Positions 19,880 through 32,035 of a stretch of DNA of 64,000 bases are shown one piece after another. The stretch is from Planctomycetota bacterium (GTDB lineage: Bacteria > Planctomycetota > JAJSAM01 > JAJVHW01), in contig JAJRVY010000060.1 in the NCBI GenBank assembly GCA_024277065.1, positions 9,486 through 73,485 of the forward strand, in the 5' to 3' direction. A model generated the notes under the pieces. The model saw only the letters and a list, made by a program, of their open reading frames with translations, was not told the DNA's origin and ran no database searches. How positions within the stretch are numbered: the stretch's first letter is position 1; each line of letters begins with the position of its first letter. A program made the position numbers and the translations under genes.

Positions 19880-21297
19880 TTCGTAGACCCGGACTGTTCG
19901 ACGAGCCGCGCCGCGTACACCTCGTCGGTCTCGGCGGGATCGGCGTCTCCGCCCTGGCGCAGGCGCTCCTCCACACCGGGCACCTCGTCTCGGGGTCCGA
20001 CGTGCGCGACGGCGAGCGACTGACGCGGCTGCGCCGGCTCGGTGCGCGCGTGAGCGTCGGCCACGTGGCGGAGAACCTCCCGAACGACACCGATGTCCTG
20101 GTCGTCAGCGCGGCGGTCGATCGCATGAATCCCGAGGTCGTCGAGGCACTGGCGCGGGGCGTGCGTGTCATCAAGTATGCCGAGGCGCTCGGAGAGCTGA
20201 TGTCGCGCGAGCACGGCGTGGCCGTGGCCGGTACCCACGGGAAGACGACGACCACCGGGCTGATGGCGACGATGCTCGTCAAGGGAGGGCTCGACCCCAC
20301 GATGATCCTCGGCGGGGACGCCGCGCCACTCGGCGGCAACTACCGCACCGGATGCGGCCGGTACTTCGTCGTCGAGGCCTGCGAGTTCGATCGCTCGTTC
20401 CTGTCGCTCGAGCCACGGTCCGCCGTCATCACGAACATCGACGGCGACCACTTCGACTACTACCGCGATCTCGACGAGATCTACGAGGCGTTCGTGGACT
20501 TCGCACGGCTCATCCCGACCGACGGGTACCTGGCGACTCTCAACGAGCACGAGCGCGTCCTCGACGTGCCCTCGGTGACCTGCGACATCGAGACGTTCGG
20601 ACTGCGCGGCAACGCGGACTGGGTGGCATCGGACTGGCGCCGCACGGACGGCGTCACGTACTTCTCCGTGCGCTACCGCGGCCACTACGAGGGCGTCTTC
20701 GAACTCCGTCTCTCGGGTCTGCACAACCTCTGCAACTCGCTGGGCGTGATCGCCGTGGGGCATCGTCTCGGCCTCGACCACGACGACGTCATCCGGCCGG
20801 CTCTGCGCGAGTACCGCGGCGTCGATCGCCGCATGCAAGCGCGCTACGAGGGCCACGGTGTACTGCTCCTCGACGACTACGCGCACCACCCCCACGAGCT
20901 CGCCGCCGTGCTCTCGACGCTTCGTGACGAGTACCGCGGGCGGCGCATCGTCGCCGTCTTCCAGCCGCACCAGGCCGGTCGCACGCGGCGTCACCTGCGC
21001 GAGTTCGCGGAGGCGCTCATGATCGCGGATCGCGTGTACGTGCCCGACATCTTCATCGCCCGCGACAGCGAGGAGGAGCAGCGTTCCGTGCACGCGCTCG
21101 ATCTCGTGCGAACGGCGGCGAACCGCGGCGTCGATGTGACGTATGTACAGAATCTCGGGGACGTGGCGGGCGAGATCCTGTCGGAGATCCGCGTGGGGGA
21201 TCTGATCGTCACGATGGGCGCCGGAAACGTGACGGAGGTATCGCGTGATCTCGCGGACCGACTTCGAGCTTTCGATCGACAGGCCATTACCCCGTAG
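19876..21297 (+). CDS. murC: UDP-N-acetylmuramate--L-alanine ligase
   Basis: The translation has VHLVGLGGIGVSALA, then AGTHGKTTTT (P-loop) and Mur ligase domains. It ends at TAG 21295-21297. Confidence 0.9.
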   Translation: MIRRPGLFDEPRRVHLVGLGGIGVSALAQALLHTGHLVSGSDVRDGERLTRLRRLGARVSVGHVAENLPNDTDVLVVSAAVDRMNPEVVEALARGVRVIKYAEALGELMSREHGVAVAGTHGKTTTTGLMATMLVKGGLDPTMILGGDAAPLGGNYRTGCGRYFVVEACEFDRSFLSLEPRSAVITNIDGDHFDYYRDLDEIYEAFVDFARLIPTDGYLATLNEHERVLDVPSVTCDIETFGLRGNADWVASDWRRTDGVTYFSVRYRGHYEGVFELRLSGLHNLCNSLGVIAVGHRLGLDHDDVIRPALREYRGVDRRMQARYEGHGVLLLDDYAHHPHELAAVLSTLRDEYRGRRIVAVFQPHQAGRTRRHLREFAEALMIADRVYVPDIFIARDSEEEQRSVHALDLVRTAANRGVDVTYVQNLGDVAGEILSEIRVGDLIVTMGAGNVTEVSRDLADRLRAFDRQAITP

Positions 21298-22168
21298 GCG
21301 GGCGACCGTGGCGGATGCGCCGGCTCTCAGCGCGCTGACGACCCTCGGTGTGGGGGGGCCGGCGGACGTGCTCTGCCGTCCGGCGGACGCCCGCGGCGTG
21401 CGGCGGGCGCTCGCTGCGGCGCGCGCCGAGGGCAGCCGCTGGCGCGTGATCGGGCGCGGCTCCAACCTCGTCGTGGACGACGCCGGCGTGGACGGTTGGG
21501 TGCTGGACCTGCGTCGCCTGCGCGCGCTCGTCGTGCAGGACGACGGGCGCGTCGTGGCCGGTGCGGGGTTGCCGACGGCGACGCTCCTCGGCGAGACCAG
21601 GAGGCGTGGGCTGGGGGGGCTCGAGTGTCTCGTCGGGTACCCGGCGACCGTGGGCGGCGCGGTGCGCATGAACGCCGGGGGGCGCTGGGGCGTCGTAGGC
21701 GCCCGCGTCGCGTCGGTCGTCGCGATCGACCGTGTCGGGAACGTACACACGTTCGATCGTGCGGCGTGCCGCTTCGGCTACCGGACGAGCGCGCTCGCGG
21801 ACCACGTGATCGTGGAGGTGCACCTGCGCCTGCCGCGCGTCGATGGCGTGGCGTATCGCCGTGCGGTCGAGGAGATCCACCGCGAGAAGGCATCCCGGCA
21901 ACCGCTGTGCCTGCCGAGCGCGGGGTGCATGTTCCGCAACCCGGACGGGATCAGCGCCGGGCTGCTGGTCGATCGCGCAGGGCTCAAGGGCCGGCGGCGT
22001 GGCGGCGCCCAGATCTCGGAGGTGCACGGCAACTTCGTCGTGAACCGTGGCGGGGCCACGGCGTCCGACGTGCTCGGGCTCGTGGACGACGCGCGATCGG
22101 CCGTCGCACGCGTGCACGGCGTCGATCTGACGCTGGAAGTCGAGATCTGGCGGCGGCGTGCGACGTGA
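21245..22168 (+). CDS. murB: UDP-N-acetylenolpyruvoylglucosamine reductase
   Basis: The translation has LTTLGVGGPAD, the FAD-binding PCMH domain, and the MurB C-terminal region (...GGAQISEVHGNFVVN). A GTG at 21245 overlaps murC by 53 nt. An alternative start lies near 21308 (VADAP). Confidence 0.85.
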   Translation: MISRTDFELSIDRPLPRRRATVADAPALSALTTLGVGGPADVLCRPADARGVRRALAAARAEGSRWRVIGRGSNLVVDDAGVDGWVLDLRRLRALVVQDDGRVVAGAGLPTATLLGETRRRGLGGLECLVGYPATVGGAVRMNAGGRWGVVGARVASVVAIDRVGNVHTFDRAACRFGYRTSALADHVIVEVHLRLPRVDGVAYRRAVEEIHREKASRQPLCLPSAGCMFRNPDGISAGLLVDRAGLKGRRRGGAQISEVHGNFVVNRGGATASDVLGLVDDARSAVARVHGVDLTLEVEIWRRRAT

Positions 22169-22597
22169 TCAGGGCGCGCTCCCCCCACGTGGTCGCGCGC
22201 GTCCCCCGCCGCGGCCGCGTCGGCAGGCCGCGAACGCTGTCCCCCCCGCGTTCTATCCTTCGCAGCGTTCCGGAAGGAGCAGCGGGCCCGGCAGCCCTGC
22301 TTCCGACGGGCGCGGCGCGTCGTCCACGCGGCGGCGCGCGGCGACGACCACGATCTGGACACGAGACCACGGCGAGGGCGGCGGGGGATTCGGCGGGGCC
22401 GCACGGCGTCCGCGCCGGGAACTTGCGCCGCGTTCACCGGACGACCCGCGTTCAGCGCATAGCCACAGCCTGGGTGATTGCCGCCCGGGTATACCCAGTT
22501 CGGACGAACCCAGTCCTCGGCGTACCGACGCTCGGCGTCTCGCCGCCCCTGACGACGTACACGCCGTACATCACGGACACGACCACACGGAGCCAAC

Positions 22598-22873
22598 ATG
22601 ATCGTTCCCGAGAAGATGAGCCTCAGCGATTTCGTTTCCCGTCGCCTGCACCCGGTGAAGGTGACCATCAGCCTCATGCGCCACGAACTCGCGCACAACA
22701 GCAAGGGCGACAACACCGAGATGAGCCGGCACCTCTTGTCGTCCGCGATCTCGACGCTCGAGCTGTTCGTCGAGGACTACGAGAAGCTGATCAGCAGCAC
22801 GACGAAGGCGAGCGCGGCGATGGCCGATCGCAAGTTCGTCGAGGACGCCAAGCCGTCGCTGCTCGGCGGCTGA
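22598..22873 (+). CDS. small hypothetical protein (91 aa) inside the dcw cluster
   Basis: It is a clean ATG..TGA ORF with host-like GC3 codon usage. There is no TM segment and no recognisable domain. It is preceded by a roughly 430-bp non-coding leader. Confidence 0.4.
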   Translation: MIVPEKMSLSDFVSRRLHPVKVTISLMRHELAHNSKGDNTEMSRHLLSSAISTLELFVEDYEKLISSTTKASAAMADRKFVEDAKPSLLGG

Positions 22874-22965
22874 GGGCGCAGACCATTCGTGGACGGTCCG
22901 GGCCGAGGGCCCGGCCGCACCACCTTGCGGCAGCGGTGCCCGTCCCTGCGGGGCCGCTCCGCGGA

Positions 22966-23037
22966 CCCATTGCCTGCACCGGCCCTGTCGCCTGCACCGA
23001 ACCCGTCACCTGCAACGGACCCCCCGCCTGCAACGGA
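22966..23037. repeat. 4 tandem degenerate 18-bp repeats (consensus ccNNtNgcctgcaMcgga) in the intergenic region upstream of the ftsQ-like gene
   Basis: The units read directly are cccattgcctgcaccggc / cctgtcgcctgcaccgaa / cccgtcacctgcaacgga / ccccccgcctgcaacgga. In one frame they would encode PxACxG hexapeptides. Confidence 0.5.
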
Positions 23038-23270
23038 CCGGGCCCCGTCAGCGTCCGCGGCAGCGCGGCGCCGGCGACGGTGTGGGCCGTCGGCGCTCGG
23101 GCCAGTGCCCGCGGCTTCGATGCGGGTGTCGCGGGGCGCCGCTGGGCCCGGTCGCGGGGCGCGAGTTCGTGGGGGGGCGCTGCACGGGCGAACCCGCCGC
23201 GGCGTTGCGCGGGTTCACGCGGGGCGTCCGGTCGGATGACGCGCGAGAGTGGGGCGCGCGGGGGGGCGGG

Positions 23271-24200
23271 ATGACGCGCGAGGGTTGGCGTGTGCGCCTG
23301 GTGTTCGCCGGCAAGGCGCTCGTCATGACCTCGCTCCTGGCGGCCGCCGCACTGCTCGTCGTGCGTGCGCAGCGACATCGTGCGGACCGCGGGCGGCACC
23401 TCGTGGACCTCGCGAACTGGAACGTCATCGAGCGGCCGGCGTGGTCGGAGCAGGGCGACGTGGTGGCGGTGCGCGACGCCAGCGGCCTCGTCGGGCGGGC
23501 GCTGCCGCTGTACGACAGGTCGGCGGCGGAACTCGTTCGCGCAGCCCTCGAGGACACCCCTCGCGTGCTCCGCGTGATCTCGACGCGGCGTATTCCGCCC
23601 GACACCATCGAGGTGGCGCTGGAGATGCGGCGTCCCGTCGCTGCCGTCGTCGTGGCGGGCGGCGCATGGGTCGAGGTGGACGCCGAGGGCGTCGTGCTCG
23701 GTCCGCCCACCGTGCAGCGGCCCGTGCGTAGCGGCGTGGCGTTGCGGGTGGTCACCGGTGGCGCGCAGCGCACTCCGGCGCCAGGACGGCGCTGCGCGCC
23801 CGACGTCCGCGCCGGAGTGCGGCTCTGTCGCCTGCTCGACGCATATCGCGACGGTCTCGGCGCGCACGTCCTGCGCACCTTCGACGAGGTCGATGTGGCG
23901 AATCACGGCGGGCGCGTCGCGCCGGCCGCGTCCGCGCTCCTGCTTCGCGCCTCACCGCCGTCCGCGGGCGTGGCGCGCCCGACGCCGTGCGTCGTCGAGT
24001 GGGGCAGGCTCGGCACGTCGCACGGTGAGCCGCCGTTCGAGGACAAGGCTGCCAGACTCGAGCGGGCGATCTCCGTGTTCGACGATTTCGAGGGCGTCGC
24101 TCGTGTGCGCGTCGCCTTCGACACGCTGACGGTTCTGCCCATCGACGGCCCCGCCGGAGATTGGTTGCCGGCGCTCGCGAACCAGACGTTCGGGCGATGA
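23271..24200 (+). CDS. ftsQ: FtsQ/DivIB-like cell division protein (TM anchor plus POTRA-like region)
   Basis: The ATG is at 23271. There is an N-terminal TM segment (LVFAGKALVMTSLLAAAALLVV) and then a periplasmic domain. It sits at the dcw position after murB. The assignment is by architecture and synteny only. Confidence 0.5.
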   Translation: MTREGWRVRLVFAGKALVMTSLLAAAALLVVRAQRHRADRGRHLVDLANWNVIERPAWSEQGDVVAVRDASGLVGRALPLYDRSAAELVRAALEDTPRVLRVISTRRIPPDTIEVALEMRRPVAAVVVAGGAWVEVDAEGVVLGPPTVQRPVRSGVALRVVTGGAQRTPAPGRRCAPDVRAGVRLCRLLDAYRDGLGAHVLRTFDEVDVANHGGRVAPAASALLLRASPPSAGVARPTPCVVEWGRLGTSHGEPPFEDKAARLERAISVFDDFEGVARVRVAFDTLTVLPIDGPAGDWLPALANQTFGR

Positions 24201-26014
24201 CGATCGCCCCTGGCTCGCGTGCTCGGTCGGCATCGGAAGAGACCGGCGAGCGTCCGGCGAGCGTGGCGATCGCCGCCCTGGCGATCGCCGGCGGGATCGC
24301 CGCGCTGTTGCTCGCCGCGCCGGCGCCCGCGGCGCCGGGGGCGGCACGTCTCACGTCTGCCGACGTCGTGCTCGGAGCCTTCGACGTGTTGTGGTTGCTC
24401 GCTCTCGCGTGGCCGCGTGGCAGGTCCGCCCGCGGTCGCGTCCTCGTGGTCGTGACGCTGCTCGCCGTCGGGCTTCCGTTCCACGTGGCGTTCGCCGCCG
24501 CCGCCGGCGCCGGAGCGGGGCATGCGGCGGCCTTCGGCGGCATCGCGCTGGCGGCGTGCGTCGCCGGCGCGTCGGCGCCGGGCGGCGCGACGTATCCGTC
24601 GGCGCTCGTTGCCGCGTGTGTGGCCTTGCCGCTCGCCGGCTACGCGTTCAGCGATCTGGCGGGCGTGGACGCCCTGGCGTTCGTGCGCGCGTCGCCGCTC
24701 ACGTCGTCCGTCCTCCTGGCGCGCCGGGCGCCTGACGTGGGGGCGGCCGACGGCGTCCCCGCCGCCACCGTCCTGTTGATCGTGGCTCTCATCGGGGCTC
24801 TGCGCCGTCGTCCGTTCGGCGCCGGCGCGCGCGCGCTGGCCGTGCTCGCCGTGTGCGCTGCGGCCGTTTCCGCGACCGCGGAGACGCCCCGCGTCGAGCC
24901 CCTGCTGGGCGGTGTCGTTCGCGAGGGCGCCCCCGTCGTCGTCCGCGCTCCCGGCGCGCAGCGCGTGCGTGCCCGCGGTGGCCCCTGGGCCGGGCCGGTG
25001 GGCGAGCGGCGCGACGAGTTCGTGCTGCTCTGGGCGCGCCCTCGCGGCGACGTCCTCGACGTGGACGTCACGGACGTCGCCGGGAACGTCGCCGCTGTGG
25101 AACTCGCCGTGCGTCCGCTTCCGGCGCGTCAGGGGCCGGGCGGGGGGGGATGGACGGCGTCGCTCGCCCCGCGCGCGGGGGACGGTCTACGCGACGGCGT
25201 CGTGTCGGTGCGTCCCATCGCCCTGCCCACGGTGCCCGAGGCGTGGCTCGTCTTCGACGACGTCGGCGATGTCCCGGATGGCCTGCCTCCCGCTGCCCGG
25301 CGGGCGCTCGATGCGGCGTGCAGTCGGCCGCGGTCGCGCCCGTTCGAGCCGGCTCTCCTGCCTCCCTCCCCACAGGCGTTCCGGGCGGCGGCGCAGTCCG
25401 CGGCCGTCGCGCCGCGTCTCTCTGCGGATGTCGGGCGCGTGCTCGGGATCGTGGCCGTGCTCGTCATCGTCCTGGTCGTCATCGTGCGCCGCCGGCCGGC
25501 GTCCGGTCGCCTCGCGGCCGCATGGTTGGCGGCGCCGCCCGTCGTCGCGCTGGTCTGGATGCTCCTGTCCGGTGCCTTGCCGGGCGCCGTGCGCGGTCAT
25601 GCGATCGTGCTCGAGCGCGACGGCGCCGCCGTCGCGCTGCTGCGCCTCTCCGCGGTGCGTAGCGGCGAGGTGACGGTTGCGCTCACGGATGGGGCCGGTG
25701 GCGTGGCGAGTCTCCTCGTGCCCGTGCGGTGGGGGCCCGGCGACAGCGCGCCGGAGGGCGTCGCGGTCGGGACGACCGCCCGTCTGCGCATCGAGCGCGG
25801 ACACAGCGTGCTGCTTGCCTTCCGGCTGCCCGCCGGCGACCTACGCGGCGGCGAGGGCGTGGGTGGTGGCCCGGCGCTCGCGACGATCTCCGAGTGGCTG
25901 CGGCCGGCCGGCCGCAAGATCGTGCCGGTCGCCGGCGGGGGCGCGCTCCCCGTCGTGCTCGACGGCGCACGCCTGCTGCGCGTGCAGCGCATGGCCGTGA
26001 CGCCCGTGCGATGA
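24197..26014 (+). CDS. hypothetical Ala-rich polytopic membrane protein with a large extracytoplasmic region, occupying the dcw position where ftsA/ftsZ normally sit
   Basis: The ATG overlaps the ftsQ-like stop (ATGA at 24197-24200). The N-terminal roughly 230 aa hold multiple TM helices. There is a further TM segment near residue 440 (VLGIVAVLVIVLVVIV). No known domain was recognised. Confidence 0.5.
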   Translation: MTIAPGSRARSASEETGERPASVAIAALAIAGGIAALLLAAPAPAAPGAARLTSADVVLGAFDVLWLLALAWPRGRSARGRVLVVVTLLAVGLPFHVAFAAAAGAGAGHAAAFGGIALAACVAGASAPGGATYPSALVAACVALPLAGYAFSDLAGVDALAFVRASPLTSSVLLARRAPDVGAADGVPAATVLLIVALIGALRRRPFGAGARALAVLAVCAAAVSATAETPRVEPLLGGVVREGAPVVVRAPGAQRVRARGGPWAGPVGERRDEFVLLWARPRGDVLDVDVTDVAGNVAAVELAVRPLPARQGPGGGGWTASLAPRAGDGLRDGVVSVRPIALPTVPEAWLVFDDVGDVPDGLPPAARRALDAACSRPRSRPFEPALLPPSPQAFRAAAQSAAVAPRLSADVGRVLGIVAVLVIVLVVIVRRRPASGRLAAAWLAAPPVVALVWMLLSGALPGAVRGHAIVLERDGAAVALLRLSAVRSGEVTVALTDGAGGVASLLVPVRWGPGDSAPEGVAVGTTARLRIERGHSVLLAFRLPAGDLRGGEGVGGGPALATISEWLRPAGRKIVPVAGGGALPVVLDGARLLRVQRMAVTPVR

Positions 26015-26135
26015 CGTCGAACTCGCTGCACGGGCTCTAAATTAGTGGACGGTTCCGGCCACGGTCCCGACCATCGCCCGCTTCCCCTCGGGCTCTCGCG
26101 GGATTCGCCCGCGGCCCCCCCGGAACGGAGCGCTC

Positions 26136-26570
26136 GTGATGCGGACTTACATGGCCAAGAAGGGTGAGGTGGAGCAGCGCTGGCACCTCGTCGATGGTGA
26201 CGACAAGGTCGTCGGCCGGCTCGCCTCGCGGATCGCTCGTGTGCTCATGGGCAAGCACCGCCCGGAGTACACCCCGCACATCGACACCGGCGACTACATC
26301 GTGGTCGTGAACGCCGCCAAGGTCCGCTTCACGGGCCGCAAGGCGGAGAACAAGCGCTACTACCACTATACCGGTCACCCCGGCGGTCTGCGCGAACGGA
26401 CCGTCTCGAACCTCCTCGCGAACAAGCCCGAGGAGATCCTGTACCTGGCCGTGCGGCGCATGCTCCCGAAGACGCGCCTCGGTCGTCAGATGATCCAGAA
26501 GCTGAAGATCTATCCGGGCGCGGAGCATCCGCACGAGGCCCAGCAGCCGCAGCCCCTCACGCTGAAGTAG
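26136..26570 (+). CDS. rplM: 50S ribosomal protein L13
   Basis: The translation MRTYMAKKGEVEQRWHLVDGDDKVVGRLASRIARVLMGKH is a canonical L13 N-terminus. It ends at TAG. Confidence 0.9.
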   Translation: MMRTYMAKKGEVEQRWHLVDGDDKVVGRLASRIARVLMGKHRPEYTPHIDTGDYIVVVNAAKVRFTGRKAENKRYYHYTGHPGGLRERTVSNLLANKPEEILYLAVRRMLPKTRLGRQMIQKLKIYPGAEHPHEAQQPQPLTLK

Positions 26571-26574
26571 GACC

Positions 26575-27195
26575 ATGACCGAGAGCGACACCCCCGAGAC
26601 GACACCTGCCGACGAGACGAAGCCTGTTGCGGAGACCGTGACCGAGCAGGTCGTCGAGGCGCCCCCGACGAGTGAGCCCGCAGAGACGGCGGAGACGGCG
26701 GCGACGGACGAGGCGGCGGCGCCCGCCGGTGATCCGTCTGTCGTGGGCGAGCCCGAGCAGCCGGCCGCCGAAGCCGTCGTCGCCGCGCCGCGCCGCGACG
26801 TCGATGCCCGCAACCCCGTCTGGGCCGTGGGCCGTCGCAAGTCCTCCACGGCGCGCATCCGGATGTTCCCCGGCGGGGGCAACTTCGTCATCAACGGCAA
26901 GCCGCTCGACGAGTACTTCCGTCTCGTGAAGGACCAGCACGATGCGACGAAGCCGCTGCATGTGGCCGACGTCCGCAAGAAGTACGACGTCTGGGTCAAC
27001 GCCGACGGTGGCGGCATGACAGGTCAGTCGGGCGCTGTGGCGCTGGGTGTCGCTCGTGCGCTCGTGATCCTCGAGCCGGCGACGGAGCAGGTACTGCGCG
27101 ATGCCGGGCTCATGAGTCGCGACGCCCGCGTCAAGGAGCGCAAGAAGTACGGTCGCCGGGGCGCACGCCGCGGCTTCCAGTTCAGCAAGCGCTGA
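26575..27195 (+). CDS. rpsI: 30S ribosomal protein S9 with an acidic N-terminal extension
   Basis: The C-terminal 130 aa are canonical S9 (...GGGMTGQSGAVALGVARAL...KKYGRRGARRGFQFSKR). There is a roughly 75-aa Glu/Thr/Ala-rich N-terminal extension. Confidence 0.9.
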   Translation: MTESDTPETTPADETKPVAETVTEQVVEAPPTSEPAETAETAATDEAAAPAGDPSVVGEPEQPAAEAVVAAPRRDVDARNPVWAVGRRKSSTARIRMFPGGGNFVINGKPLDEYFRLVKDQHDATKPLHVADVRKKYDVWVNADGGGMTGQSGAVALGVARALVILEPATEQVLRDAGLMSRDARVKERKKYGRRGARRGFQFSKR

Positions 27196-27214
27196 TCCGC
27201 GCCTCGGCCGGGCC

Positions 27215-27245
27215 GGGCCGCCGCTTCCCCTGGAGGCGGCGGCCC
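27215..27245 (+). terminator. intrinsic-terminator-like hairpin after rpsI (10-bp perfect stem gggccgccgc/gcggcggccc, 11-nt loop)
   Basis: It was read directly. It lies 20 nt downstream of the rpsI stop. Confidence 0.5.
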
Positions 27246-27331
27246 GCTCGATTCCCGCGCCTGCCGATTCCTCCCGCTGGCGTGGTGCGTGACCCTATTC
27301 TCGTTCGACCGGAAGGAAGACCCCTCGAGTC

Positions 27332-28069
27332 ATGGCAGGACACTCGCACTGGGCGAACATCGCTCACAAGAAGGCCGCGATCGATCGCAAGCGCGGTCGG
27401 CTCTTCAGCAAGTTGGCGCGGCGCATGATCGCGGCGGCGAAGCAGGGCGGCGGCGATCCGGCCGCGAACCTGAAACTGGCGAACGCCGTGCAGGCAGCGC
27501 GCGCGGCCAACATGTCGAACGACCAGATCAAGCGTGCGATCCAGCGCGCGGTCGGCGGCGCGGATGCGGCCGATTTCGAGGAACTGATCTATGAGGGCTA
27601 CGCCCCCGGTGGCGCGGCCGTCCTGATCGAGACGCTGACGGACAATCGCAATCGCACGGGTGGCGACGTCCGCATGATCTTCACCAAGAACGGCGGCAAC
27701 CTCGGCTCGAGCGGTTCGGTGGCGTGGCAGTTCGCGCGCCTTGCGGTGGTGCGCGTGGCCGCCGCGAGCACCACCGAGGACGACCTCATGATGGCCGTCC
27801 TCGACGCCGGAGCCGATGCGATCGAGGAGGACGGAGAGTTCTTCGAGGTGCGCGGTGCGGCCGACTCCCTCGCAGCCCTGCGCGCGGCGATCGAGGGCGC
27901 AGGTCTGACACCCGTGTCAGCCGATGTGATGTACGTGCCCGGCGAATCGTGCCCCGTGGACGAGGCGGTGGGCAAGCGGGTCGCCGCGCTCCTCGAGGCG
28001 CTCGAGGAGAACGACGATGTTCAGAACGTGTATTCGAATGCGGACTTTCCCGTTGGGTTCGAGGCGTGA
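27332..28069 (+). CDS. yebC: YebC/PmpR-family probable transcriptional regulatory protein
   Basis: MAGHSHWANIAHKKAAIDRKRGRLFSKLARRMIAAAK is the invariant YebC N-terminus. Confidence 0.9.
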   Translation: MAGHSHWANIAHKKAAIDRKRGRLFSKLARRMIAAAKQGGGDPAANLKLANAVQAARAANMSNDQIKRAIQRAVGGADAADFEELIYEGYAPGGAAVLIETLTDNRNRTGGDVRMIFTKNGGNLGSSGSVAWQFARLAVVRVAAASTTEDDLMMAVLDAGADAIEEDGEFFEVRGAADSLAALRAAIEGAGLTPVSADVMYVPGESCPVDEAVGKRVAALLEALEENDDVQNVYSNADFPVGFEA

Positions 28070-28114
28070 CCCCGTCGCGCGCGTGGTGACCGGTACGAGG
28101 CGAGGAGATCTCAG

Positions 28115-28516
28115 ATGACCGATGACCTCTGGACCGACGACGATCACCGGGAGCGCCGCACGCAGGAGCGCGAGAACCGTACCGTCGAGCGCTTCAAGAC
28201 GAGTTCGCGTGGATTGCGGCGCGTCTTCGGAGGCCACTTCTCCGAGAGCAGCCCCGAGGTCGAGGCCGTCGTCTATCACCTGGCTTCCGCCGAGGCCAAA
28301 CTCCCGACCACGCGCGAAGCGATCCGCCTCGCGCGCTATCCCGGGGCCGGCGATCGCGATCCGCGGCGCTTCGCGATGGGGCTCTGGGAGAATCTGAGCG
28401 TACTCCACAAGCATCTGCAGGGAGCCATGGACTCCCTCGAGAAGCTGGCCCGCGCCAACGGCGACAACCGCGGCAGCGTCCGCGAGCCCGACGACGACGA
28501 AGCCGACGACCTGTAG
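28115..28516 (+). CDS. hypothetical acidic protein
   Basis: It is an ATG..TAG ORF of 133 aa with plausible codon usage. No domain was recognised. Confidence 0.35.
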   Translation: MTDDLWTDDDHRERRTQERENRTVERFKTSSRGLRRVFGGHFSESSPEVEAVVYHLASAEAKLPTTREAIRLARYPGAGDRDPRRFAMGLWENLSVLHKHLQGAMDSLEKLARANGDNRGSVREPDDDEADDL

Positions 28517-28575
28517 GCCGCGGCGCTCCGACGCCGGCTCGCAGCCGCGCGGCACGCGCCGGCTCCGACGGGCGG

Positions 28576-31287
<2,712 letters not shown>

Positions 31288-31378
31288 GTCTCCCCGCGGG
31301 AGCCTCCTCGTGTGTGCGGCGGCCGTCGCGTCGCGTCGTGCCGCGGCGCATGCCGCGTGCGCGCGGCACCCGCCTGGA

Positions 31379-32035
31379 TCAGAACTGCTCCTCGATGCGT
31401 TCGAGGAAGCGCACTCCGTGGACGTCGCGGAGTTCCTGGATGAGCCACTCCTGACGGTACTCCAGCCGCAGGATGGCGCTTGGTTCGACGCCCTCGAGGC
31501 CCTCGAACCGGATCGGCTGCGTCGGCACGACCCAGCCATCGTCGATCGCGATCATCGCGCCGAGTGGCGGCACGACCGCCTGGCTCTCGGGGACGAAGTC
31601 GTCACGGAGCTTCACGTAGGCCAGATCACGTCGTTTGAAGATGACGAGTGCGCTCATCTCGCCGTTGCGCACGGCGATCACGCCGTACGTGCGCTCGGCG
31701 TTGAACTGCGTCGGTTCGCGCTCTGCGGTCCGCAGCGTCTCAGCGTCGGCCTGGAAGAGCTCCTCGTACTCCTCGAACGCCGACGTGAACTCGGCCTGCG
31801 AGAAGTCGCCGTAGCGAGCGCGGAAGTCCGGGTGCAGCGAGCCGTAGATGTCGGCGATGCGGCGGTCGCGGAAGGCGGCGATCAGGTAGTCGAGGGCCTC
31901 GCCGGGGGTGTCGCGCGTGAGCCGCGTGTCGCCGACGAGGGGCTGCTCCACGGGGCAGATCGCGCGTGCGAGGGAGCAGCAGCCGGGCAGCAGGAGGGCT
32001 GCTGCGAGCACGATCACGACCAACGACCTCACCAT
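31379..32035 (-). CDS. hypothetical lipoprotein
   Basis: The start MVRSLVVIVLAAALLLPGCC gives a signal peptide plus lipobox. The longer ORF to 32104 is an over-extension. Confidence 0.45.
   Translation of the reverse strand: MVRSLVVIVLAAALLLPGCCSLARAICPVEQPLVGDTRLTRDTPGEALDYLIAAFRDRRIADIYGSLHPDFRARYGDFSQAEFTSAFEEYEELFQADAETLRTAEREPTQFNAERTYGVIAVRNGEMSALVIFKRRDLAYVKLRDDFVPESQAVVPPLGAMIAIDDGWVVPTQPIRFEGLEGVEPSAILRLEYRQEWLIQELRDVHGVRFLERIEEQF

Noticed and set aside
22966-23037. Possible CRISPR array
   Set aside because: The repeats are directly tandem with no spacers and are only 18 bp. No cas genes are present. No CRISPR arrays were seen anywhere in the window.
21496-23274. 592-aa + strand ORF spanning murB and the murB-ftsQ intergenic region
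   Set aside because: It is out of frame with murB and gives a low-complexity Arg/Gly/Ala-rich translation. It is a typical high-GC spurious ORF, though it happens to carry the 18-bp tandem repeat.
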